From the NCBI RefSeq assembly GCF_000143415.4, contig NW_003314285.1, forward strand, positions 957,370-1,021,369: a stretch of DNA of 64,000 nt, given 5' to 3'. This DNA comes from Selaginella moellendorffii (taxonomy: Eukaryota > Plantae > Lycopodiophyta). Under the pieces are notes generated by a model. The model was given only the letters and a program-made list of their open reading frames with translations, did no database searches and was not told the origin of the DNA. A program made the translations under genes and the position numbers. Positions 53,783 to 64,000 of the stretch are shown here, piece after piece. Each line of letters opens with the position of its first letter. Position 1 is the stretch's first letter.

Positions 53783-55076
53783 ATGTGGCAAATGCTGCGT
53801 GAAGAAAGATGCCCTTTCTGGGCAAATGCTGTAAGAGGCAGATGCCGAGCAGATGTATCTCAGGCTAGCGAAGGGGACAAACGAAAGCTAGCTATAAACA
53901 TGACGGGATGCAAATAGATTACTAGGCTGGTCTTGCGAAAATCAAAAACCATAATTGAAAACATTGAAAATGCAAAAAGAAAGGTTTATAATATTTTTGA
54001 ATTTTAAGCAACCAAAGGAATGTAAGTAGGGCATGTGTTTGTAAGTTTCAAAATGCCTCAACCACTTAAATTCCCAAGTAAATAAAGTTGTTTCTATTTT
54101 TGGTACAGGTAAACTTTATAGCGTGTGGGCTCATGCAATTTTGAACCCAAAAATGCACCAAAAAATGCTCGACTAGCATTATTCTTTGAATGGCGTGTGG
54201 CCTTATATTGCCATAAATAGACGTACACACACAGCATAATTATTCCTTTACACGGAGAATAATCTTGGCGCGGATCGCTGACATGGCATGGCAAAGTTCG
54301 AATCACTGACATGGCACAGCTGGATCGAGGCAAGGACATGATGTGACAAAGTTTAACCTCCGACAGCAAAGTCTAGAAGCTACTCAGTTTAAAATTTGTC
54401 AGAGGAATCATAAGATCTGGTTTGTCAGAGGATTTGATGTGACGTTCAAGCGTGTGTTATTTTTGAATTCTCGAACTCATTCCTAGGTCTATCATTTTTG
54501 TGCGCCGTGTTCTTGGTTCCGCTGAGCGCAGTGAGCGCTGCTTGTGTAAGCGACGTTGTGAGCTGTGGTTTATGCATCTACGAGCGGTTGCGGCATTGTG
54601 AGCGCCATTGCGAGCGGCAGTTTATGCGAGTGGCAGTTTGTGCGAGCGGCGCTACGAGCAGTTGCAGTGTTGCGAGCGGCGCTACGAGTAGTTGCGGTGT
54701 TGTGAGCGGCACTGTCTTTGGTGTGGCTACCGCTTCCTCTTGATATTCGGCACTTGTGCTTCCTGGTATGTTCACCATGGAATGGCTTAGGACCACATTT
54801 AGAAATGGCATGAGGCCACATGCCATCTTGGGCCCTTGCAATTTCATGGCTAGCGTATTGTCATGTATGTTTTTACTTGCCTGCAGCTGTGTGTATATCA
54901 AAATGGCATGAGGGCTCATGTCAATTTTGTGAATGCAAAATTTCACGTGGGTGTCAATAGCATGTTTGAATAATGGCATGTGGCCTCATGCTATTGAGGT
55001 TGTTTGGTATGTTATGATTTAGGCCATTCTCCAATCATTTTTTGTATGGTCTTAACTTCTTTTCTGCACTTTCAGA

Positions 55077-58000
55077 ATGGCCTTCAGGGTTGGTGAAAAG
55101 GTTTACATTTTGAATGGTGGGAAGAGAGTTGCAAAAGAGACCCTTATGTCTATGGATCGGAACTTTGTTATACACTGTCAAAGGCTTGGGGAAGGCAATG
55201 CTGCTGTATCAGTAGAGACTGTCTTCGATGGGAATGTGGTCGCTATTAAACGAGGAGAGATGGTCGTCGGGGTAAATGTTGTTGTTGCCTTGAAAAATCT
55301 TCAGAAGAAAGTAGATGTTGGGGACAGCGCAAGTGCGACGCATATTCCCTCCGTGGATCTTAAGAACCGTGCTACATGGATTTAGGCAAAGGTGTTTCTA
55401 AACAAACCAGAGGGGGAGGTGGTAGCTGAGGGCTTAGCCACAGTTGTCGATCCAAGAGATGCGGTTGCTAATCAAGAATTGGGCTGGGATGCTATTGGAG
55501 TTGCGATTTTAGAGGTTGTTCACACAGAAGAAAACAGTCTGACTATTAGAAGCATTGTGTGGTGGAAATTGAGGCACTTAGTGTTTGAGAATGTGAAGGA
55601 TTCACAATCAAACACCACTACAACTGATGACAGAACATCTCTTCATGGGAAAAGAAAGTACACCTTCCTAAAGTGCAGCCAAAGGGATCTAAGCAATGAA
55701 CTGAAAAGGCAGAAAATGGCGATGGAGGTTAGAATGGTCTCGACAGTTGCTTGTTGCAAGAGGAGGTGCTGTCAACATGCTGATTGGGATGCTATTGAAG
55801 AGGAGAGAGCAAGATACAAGACATTGTCCTGGAAGGCAACTCGCAATTTTGTGTATGAGGCATTACGGTCATCTGTTGATGCTTCAGAACATCAGGTGGG
55901 GGGCATGGTCTTCCAGAGGGGTTTGGTCTGCATGAAGGCATGGAGAATCATTTATGGAGTCCCTCGAACCACATTCTACAGAATCAAAACTGAGTTCGAG
56001 GAACAAAGGGTTCAATAGGCAGTCCATGGGAACGACGGTACGCACAAAACCAGAGGTCATGTTGTATATGGAGAGGCAATCTTCAAGAGGTTTGTCGAGA
56101 CATGTAGCGAGCAGCAACCACATAAAACCCGCCTCTTGGAAGATGGAACACGAGACACCCAACGAGTTCTCCCTTCCATGTATACCAAGGGGGCCATATT
56201 GGAAGATGTGAATCGGGAACTCCAGAGTAATGGGTACAGGAAGCTGAGCCAATCTAGATTTAGTAGATTGTGGAGCAACAAGTTCAGGGATGTGAGTATA
56301 GGAAAGTACTCCAGCTTTTCAAAGTGTGACGAGTGCACTGCTATCAAAATGGCTTTGTCGAAGAATTCTTGCAGTGCTCAAGAGCGAGAGACGTTGGTTA
56401 GAAGGCGGCTCGACCACAACATCGAGCAGAGAAGCTGCAGGACTGCATATTATCATAACAGGATTCTCTCCATGGAGAGACCTGACTCTTACCTCTGCAT
56501 CATCCACGACAAAATGGACCAGAAAAAGATGTGCTTACCTCGACTCAATCCTGCCCCCAAGGCAATCTCTTCATCCATGCAGCTGCCTGTGTCTCTGTTT
56601 GGCATAATCGCTCATGGGCATGGTGCCCAGAACTATGGGAACTTCTTTGTACCTCTATGGGGTGGCGAGGGTGCAAACATGATGATTGCGTCCCTAGCAA
56701 AACACTTAAGGTCTCTGCAAAGTGCGCAGACTGAGCTGAACGGCCAACCCTTGCATAAGGCCCTTGTCGATCGAACCCCATATAGGGTTCAGCTGGAGGA
56801 GGAGCAAAGGTTTGCAGTATCGCGTGGGGCCCCATGCCATCCCAGTGAATATGTTGGCCGTCAGATTGTAGGGTTATCACGTGAGGCCTCATGCCATTCC
56901 GACGAGGCTGGTCGCCCGGTGAATGCACAGCCTCATCCAAATGAAGCAGAATCTCAAGGAAGTTCTTGCGGCCAATGTGGCCTTCCACCCCATCTTCTGC
57001 TCCAAACAGACAATGCTGGCAGTGAGAACAAAAACATGTACGTCTTCGCGTACTTGGCGATGCTTGTTGCCAAAGGCATATTTGAAACGGTTACACTTGG
57101 CTTTCTCATGGTTGGGCACACTCATGAAGACGTCGATGCCATGTTCAGTCACCTGGCAGAGTCCCTCCGGCGATCCAATGTCCTCACCCTCCTACAACTC
57201 TACGATGAATTCCAAAATTGCATCAAAGGCACTGTTAAAGCTGCACTTGTGACAGAGGTTCCAGACTTTAAGGGGTTTGTAAGAGGCTACATCAGGAACG
57301 GATCCGAAACGCTGATTGGCCACTCCAAGCCTCTTCAGTTTCATTTCAGCATGTGTGACGGTGCTCCAGTGATGAGGTACAAGATGAGAGAATGGGACAT
57401 AGTGTGGCTGCCAGTGGACGGCATTGAACTCTTCAAGAGAGATCCCATAACTAGGGAACCTATGATTCCTCAGGGTTCCCCACGACCGATGCACCCAGAT
57501 GGACTCAAAGACTAGGAAAGTATAGTGGCCGGGATTAGACAGCATATTGCCTTCTGGAAGAGGGGGTTGGTGTTTGGTGGAGAATCCTATTTTCAGAGGT
57601 GCAAGCCTTTGCTCGAATACTGGGAGAAGATTATATCTGCTATCCAAAATGGGCCGGTTGTATATGAAGAATTGGAAGAGTCCTTTTGGCCAGAACCCAG
57701 AGCACCAGATAGTAGCGGAACAATGTCCTCTGGAAATGCAGTGACAGATAACGATGTTGAGGATCACTATTGTGGGCCGAGGAACAAGAAGCCAGATTCA
57801 GCATTCAATCCAGTACAGGTCTGCAAAGGAATGGTCGTGTTTGTCAGACCCAGTAATAAAAAACAAATGATATGGGTGGGGCGTTGCATCATTGATGCAG
57901 AGGAGGACGCAGAAACTAACTCCTTCAATGTAACTGTGGAGTGGTTCAAGCCAAGTTCCGGATATACGAAGGATTGCCTAAAAAAGATATGGGTGCTGAA

Positions 58001-58218
58001 TCCAAGGGATCCCAGCATGAGCATATCGGTGGATAATGTTGTGCATGGTTGGATGCGGAAGCAGAGTGCCACCATCACCTTGCCAGACCATGCAAGAGAT
58101 GCAGCAAGAGCATTCATAACCCGGGTTCAAGGTGAGATTCATTAATATTCCTTTACTAAGTTTCTAATGTATTTTATTTCAAGGTGAACAATCCAAATCT
58201 GAATCAGAGGAGGCGTGA
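55077..58218 (+). pseudogene. Sola1-like DDD transposase, ~1020 codons in one frame with three TAG stops; probable small last exon 58184-58218
   Basis: ORFs at 55077, 55392, 56136 and 57525 share a frame; CCKRRC, FSKCDEC, IIHDKMDQ, LQTDNAGSENKN, FLMVGHTHEDVDAMFS. Confidence 0.85.
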
Positions 58219-59769
58219 TGGCATGTGGCCTTACGCCATTCCTAGGTGAGATGATACAAATAACAAGTATAAATTCTTAGTTGTTCTAGCAAATCTTACT
58301 TAAAGTTCAAGGTGAACAAGTCGAATATGAATTCATCGGATTGTTATAACAAATTGCGAGGTGATGGCATGAGGCGATACGCCATTTGAGAGTGGTAGCC
58401 ATTCCTATATGAGGTGAGTGAAATATTTATTAGAAATACCTCATTCAATTGTGCACTTCTAAGTCTTGGTCCACTCAGTACTGTTTGCATGTTTCTATTT
58501 TAATTCTTTCTCTAAAATGTTATTTAGCATGTGGCTTCATGCCATTGCTCTCCACAATCATGCATTGAATTTTTCTATCCTTGCATAATACTTCTCCATA
58601 TATATAGCATATGCGCACATGTGATATGGTTCATTATATAGTGTGTGAGGTAAAACAAAGATGATGTGACATATGCATTTACCAATCACACGTGCATAAA
58701 TCTAATAATATGGCGTGTGGCCCATATTAATGGCACATAAACCCATATTGTGGGCTTACGTGCTTTATGTACCATCATTCCCTTGCAGCGTGTGTGTTGG
58801 TTTCCTTTTATAACACAACAAACTCCATATTTTAGGGTGAAGAGCGTTCTCATGGCAAGCACAAAATCTGTAAGTGAGGCAGAAAAGGAGACGGAGAAGG
58901 AGATAGGTGAAGATGTAGAATATATAAGTCTTCCAAACTCCCCGTACTATACTCCAGGTGATCATTTTTCTGAACAAACGGCAACATTAACAACTATCAA
59001 GAACGCCCCAGTAACATTAGAGACAACAATCCAAAGCAAAACAACTGACCCGGAGAAGGATGATAGTACCGCTGAGAGTACCAAAAAGGAGGTGTCCACT
59101 AGCGCTTAGGCTTATAATGGCGTGTGCCCTCATGCCATTTACTTGATCACCAAATACCTTTTTCCCTTTGCACTAGTATATCTTAATACCAGTCTGAGAA
59201 ATAGAATGGCATGTGCCCTCGGGCCTTTTACTAAATCACCTTTGAAAGAAATGCAAGCCTCTATGTCATAAAAAAAAGGTACTAGAGAAATTCCTTAATA
59301 ATATGAATGTTATTTAGTTTCATGAAAATACACTAAGGGTCAAATGAGTTAAATGACTTCTCCAGACTAGCAATGCCTCTTGCTACACCTTCACAATTAG
59401 ATTCGTTAGAAAAAGATAACATTGAATAATATCTAAATGTTCTCACCATTAAGTTATATGTCTGGCTAATAGGAATGACGTTCATCTTGGAAAGCTCACC
59501 ACACGCTCAATGAACAAACAAATAGTGTGTGCGCGCATGCCATCGCTCTTCTTTAGCTTCAGATTCGGCTTGTTCACCTTGACAATGAGATTTATTATAC
59601 AACCAGATGGACTCAATCTGGACACAAAGTCACCGCGCTAGTCACCATGCCCCAGATATGTCTAGCCCCTGTACAAAAAACATATAATTTCACGTCATTT
59701 TCAAATACTTGAAAATTTGTACCTAGTCCCATTTTACTGAATAAATCCCACTTTAACGAAATAGAGCTT

Positions 59770-62534
59770 ACACGGCCATTGTAGTAGAGAATCCCATCCA
59801 CCAATGAGAAAGGGGCTTCCATCTGGGCTCGCAAAGAGGCTACCTCAGCATCCTGAGCCTGAGCATGCTCAACCAATTGCCCAAACTCGCTGACTATCTT
59901 ACTCAAATGATGACAAAATCGTGTTCGTAACGTCGTCACATGATGAACATAAGATAAAGCATCCGCCACCACATTTGATTTTCCCGGACGATGCTCAATA
60001 GGAAACTCCCCAAACTCCATGAGTTTGACCATCTAACGAGCTTGCCTAGTGTTCAACTCCTTCTGTGTGAAGAGATACACAAGTGGCTTGTGATTTGTCA
60101 ACACCACGAACATTGCACCATAAAGATAGTGCTGCCACGTCCGCAAAGCATGAACAATAGAGAGTAACTCTTGCTCATATGTGGAATAGCGTTGCTCCGC
60201 AGAATTCAAAGTTCAACTCTCATATGCAATAGGCTGTCCCTCTTGTATGAGAACTCCTCCCAGTGCATAACCACTCGCATCGCATGTCACATCGTAAGGT
60301 TTCAATGGATCAGCAATGCGAAGCACTAGAGCCTCACTCAACAATCGTTTCAGCGCCACAAAACTCTCCTCTTGTGGCGTCTTCCACTCGAATGGCACAT
60401 TCTTGCATAACAACCGCGTCAAAGGAATAGCCACCTCTGCAAACTTATGCTGGAAACGTCGGTAGTAACTAGCCATACCAAGAAAATTGCGCAACTCGGC
60501 CACTATAGTCGGTGTAGGCTAGTTTTCCACCACAGCCACTTTCCTTGGATCCGTCTTGACACCCTTAGATGTCACAATATGGCCTAGATATTCCACCTCC
60601 GACTTTGCAAATTCACATTTGCTCTTCTTCGCATAAAGTTTGCTGTCTCGAAGTAACAAAAGAACCTTGCGCAAATGCACCCTATGCTCCTCCATATTCT
60701 TGCTAAAAACAAGAATATCGTCCAAGAAAATCTCCACAAACTCATGAAGATAACGCCCAAATACCTCCGTCATCAACCGAGTAAATGTGGCCGGTGCATT
60801 CGTCAAACCAAACAGCATAACTGTAAACTCAAAATGTCCGAAGCTTGTGTTGAATGCCATCTTAGAAATAGATGCATCATCCATTGCAATCTGATGATAT
60901 CCACTCCTCAGATCAATTTTGGTAAACACTCGTGCTTCACCAAGCTTGTCCAGGATATCATCCACACGTGGCATTGGCATCTTATCCTTCACTATCTTCT
61001 TGTTTAAAGTGCGGTAGTCAATACACATTCGCATTGAACCGTCCTTCTTCACAAGCAAGACCGGAGCACCAAACGAAGACTTACTTGGCTGAATAAATCC
61101 AAACTCAAGTAACTCCTTGACTTGTCATTGAACTTCTTGCTCCTCCGCATAACTTAACCGAAATGGACGCTGGTAAATTGGCCGCGTCCCCGGCTCCAAT
61201 GTAATCCCATGCTCCACACCTCGTAATGGAGGCAATCCATGAGGAAGTTCAGATGGAAAAACATCAGAAAACTCATCAAGTACATCCTGTACTGCTGCTT
61301 CTCCCCCACACGTGCCTTGGTCCCCCAAGTCACAAACAAACAGCAAGTAACTTGAAAGTGCTTTTCCATTACAACAAGCCCGCTTCAAAGATGTAACAGA
61401 GAGCATAACAACTGGTGGTTGAACGCCCTCACCAAACCACACATCTTTAATGCCACCATACTCCAGCGAGATACACTTAATGCTCCACTTTATCTCTGGA
61501 TCCACCTTCACCAACCATGGCATCCCAAGAATGAGATCCATACGATGGATATCCGTGAGATAAAAAGTCTCCACAAGTGTGGTTTTGCCAACCAACACTT
61601 CCAGTCCCTCGACACAAGCATCGAAATGCTGAGCAGAGGTAGCTGCACCTTCCACTGTGTATGGAAGAACTCCACGTGTGTTCAGGCGATGCTCCGCAAC
61701 AAACTTTGCCGAAACAAAGTTGTCATCGCTCCCACTATCTAGTAAAATCCACATTGGATCGCCACAGAACACGCCCTCCAGCATTAAAGCTGATTCACAC
61801 GTATCCTCGAGCTCCATCTTGTTCCACACACAGTTGAGTTGACGAGCAACAATCGAAAGTCTCTTCCTCCGACCGGAATGGTCATTCTCGTCATCCTCAC
61901 GCTGTAAAGTTTGTAACTTTTTAGTATCTGACTTACCGTGAGAAGATGATTGGCCATTCTTCTTGTCCTGCAGCTTGTTCTTCAACTGCGGACAATCAGC
62001 CTTGTAGTGTCCAAGTTCGCCGCAATGATGACAACCTTGTCTATAATTCTTCACAAAGAACTTCTGCTTCTTGGACCCCTTTGCATCTGAAGTAGTCACC
62101 ACCGACCTCAACTTGTGATGCTTGTTCCCATCCTTGTGTCCACGGCGATCATCACGACGATTCTCGACAGAAGGACTTCGCGAACGCTTACGAGACTTGT
62201 GCTTGTCATTGTCAAGTCGACGAGCCGCATCAAAGAGCTCCTCCAAACTCTTTGTAGGCTAAGAATGACGCAAGTGCTGCCATATGCTCTCACTATGTAG
62301 GCCATCAATGAAGTAGGATTTGTTCTGATCTGGATCCTTCGTTGGAACACGACTAATCAAGCGAGTAAGCTTCTCAATATAATCCCCGAGCGTCATTTTC
62401 CCTTGCTGGAAATGGCGAAGTTTTATACGAGCATTCTCCACGTTGTAATGAGGGGCAAAACATAAACGGAAAGCAACCTCAAACTCATCCATGGTAGACA
62501 CTGGTGGTTTCTTATCTGCAACACGGGACTCCTC
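59770..62534 (-). mobile_element. Decayed Ty3/gypsy gag-pol (gag, CCHC, PR, RT, RH), cut at the start of IN by the TIR element and in gag by the next LTR
   Basis: CHHCGELGHYKADC, LLDSGS, FLDD, TCDASG, NVVADAL, DGILYYNGRV then the TIR. Confidence 0.92.
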
Positions 62535-62992
62535 TGTCAGGAATCCCCCAATTCTTGCCACATTCCTGACTCTCGCCGGATTCCTGACCTGCAGACCACA
62601 TTCCTGACTCTCGAGACACTTCCCTATTCCTGACTCTCGAGACACTTCCCGATTCCTGAGTCTCAAGCCACATTCCTGATGATGATGTGGCGCCTCCTCA
62701 ACCTCAGCTGTATTTAGGCCGTCCTCGATCCAAGAGTGGTGGAGCTTCATCAACCTATAGTATATATAGGTTAGCCTTGTTCCATTTCTTCACAATCTGA
62801 ATCAACACCAGTCTAAGGCTTCTTCTTTGTTTTCACTAGCTTTTTCTCTTTGTCTTTAGCATTTTCCAGTCTTGATCTTGTTGGGGGTCTTGACAGTTTG
62901 ATTCAGATTGTTTTTTTTGCTTTTCTTTTAGCTCGTTTTGATTATTTGATTGCCTTTGTCTTTTTCCCCCTTTCTTTTCTTTCTTCTTGCCA

Positions 62993-63964
62993 ATGGAGTC
63001 TCCAAGCCATCCTGATTTCTTTGCCGAAGTCCTTGCAAAAATCCAGTCTGAGAATACCGAGCTGAAGGCGACCCTTCTTCGCATGCAGCAGGAGCTTGCT
63101 TCACTTTCGGCTCAAGGATCCAGCAAAGTTCCTGAACCGAAGGTGAGTTTCCCGGCGAAATTTTCAAGCAAGCGTTCGGAGCTTCGTGGATTTTTGAACC
63201 AAATGGAGCTGATCTTTGCACTTCAACATCGGCGGTACCCCACTCCCGAGTCTCAAATCGGCGCGATTGGAACGTTGCTCGAGGGTGCAGCTTTGTCATG
63301 GTTTTCTCCTCTTCTGGAGAAGAGCATGAAAGGGGTTGTGGTTCCGGAGCTGATGGATCTTCAATTATTTAAAGAGAAGCTCAAAGCATGTTTTGGCGAG
63401 ACGGATCGGGTTCGGGCTGCTACCACAAAGATGAGACGTCTCTCTCAGGGGTCTCGTCCTGCCTCGATCTACGCTGCAGAGTTCCAACTCCTTGCCTTGG
63501 ACACTTAGTGGGATAAGCGGGCCCTGATTGACCAATTTCGTTTCGGCCTCAACAATGGTGTCAAGGATTTGTTGCTCACCATGGAGGATCCCAAGGACCT
63601 GTCGGACGCCATCAACAAAGCTGTTCGATGTGACAATCGTCTTTTTGAACGTCGTCAGAAAAGTCGCCGCGCCGCTGTTTTTCCGTCCCAGACTCAAGAA
63701 TCCCAGCTTGAGTCTTCGGGGCATAGTCCTGAACCTACTGCTCCGGTCCCGATGGATATTTCTGGTACTCCCCGACTCATTAGAGGGAAGTTGAGTCCTG
63801 CTGAGAAGCAACGTCGAATATCTCATAATCTTTGCCTCTACTGTGCTGATCCTAATCACAAAGCAGCTGTGTGTCCCAGGAAGCCTCCCCGATTGCTTGA
63901 GTTCACTCTGCCTCAAAGTCCACCTCTGTTGTAGTCGGGAAACGACCCTGTCCAAACAGAGTAG
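62993..63964 (+). pseudogene. gag (Tcn1/sushi/PEG10-like) with two in-frame TAG stops
   Basis: PEPKVSFPAKF..LRGFL, LLEGAALSW, PVPMDI, CLYCADPNHKAAVC. Confidence 0.85.
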
Positions 63965-63984
63965 GAGCTGTCCGTTTGGACTCC
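63937..63984 (+). promoter_or_regulatory. Putative -1 ribosomal frameshift signal
   Basis: G GGA AAC in correct gag phase, 6-nt spacer, stem GTCCAAAC/GTTTGGAC. Confidence 0.75.
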
Positions 63985-64000
63985 CCAAATAAAAATCACT

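Larger units (their letters stand above)
46239..59543. repeat. Dispersed 22-bp palindrome ATGGCRTG-N6-CAYGCCAT, ~25 copies
   Basis: Copies start at 46531, 47608, 47683, 49074, 49215, 50698, 51976, 52036, 52113, 52888, 53023, 53182, 53261, 54118, 54805, 54903, 54973, 56819, 56876, 58218, 58364, 58524, 59117, 59522; degenerate copies at 46239, 54190, 58710, 59206. Confidence 0.93.
46145..59769. mobile_element. 13.6 kb TIR DNA transposon, Sola1-like (DUF7869-type transposase), with a divergent accessory gene
   Basis: Perfect 24-bp TIRs AAGCTCTATTTCGTTAAAGTGGGA (46145-46168) and its reverse complement (59746-59769); transposase motifs; no TSD. Confidence 0.85.
62535..64000 (+). mobile_element. 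5' end of a self-priming Tf1/Tcn1-like gypsy element; LTR 62535-62895
   Basis: TGTCAGGAATCCCCC..GGGGGTCTTGACA termini, TATA ~62757-62768, PBS complementary to the LTR itself, gag follows. Confidence 0.85.

Noticed and set aside
58750-59109. Small acidic/Thr-rich ORF inside the TIR element
   Set aside because: No recognisable motif; cannot be supported as a gene without homologues or transcripts
46239-59543. Palindrome set as a CRISPR array or true bacterial parS
   Set aside because: Spacing is irregular with no uniform spacers or cas genes, and the sequence does not match the parS consensus TGTTTCACGTGAAACA; the analogy is functional only

Overview
Eukaryotic land-plant DNA. Very short GT-AG introns and a Tat element with RNase H before RT suggest a lycophyte such as Selaginella (inferred). 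Positions 1-8.2 kb hold host genes: an intron-rich isoamylase-2-like gene, a dirigent-like gene, an ACR11/12-type ACT protein, tRNA-Ser(GCT) and a GH81 beta-1,3-glucanase. The remaining ~56 kb is a nested transposon cluster: two decayed copies of a Mutator-like element, a Tat LTR element split by a young chromovirus (GAGGA TSD), a TRIM, a minus-strand gypsy element, a 13.6 kb Sola1-like DNA transposon with 24-bp TIRs, and the 5' end of a self-priming Tf1/Tcn1-like LTR element. Best candidate for a new system: both DNA transposon types carry a divergently transcribed accessory gene with a ParB/Srx-like domain followed by an amino-(N6A/N4C)-methyltransferase-like fold. In the Sola-like element this gene also splices into an FCP1-like phosphatase domain, and the element carries about 25 copies of a 22-bp palindrome (ATGGCRTG-N6-CAYGCCAT), many in introns and the divergent promoter. 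This resembles a self-recognition or anti-silencing module. All domain calls are by-eye motif recognition; no searches were run.
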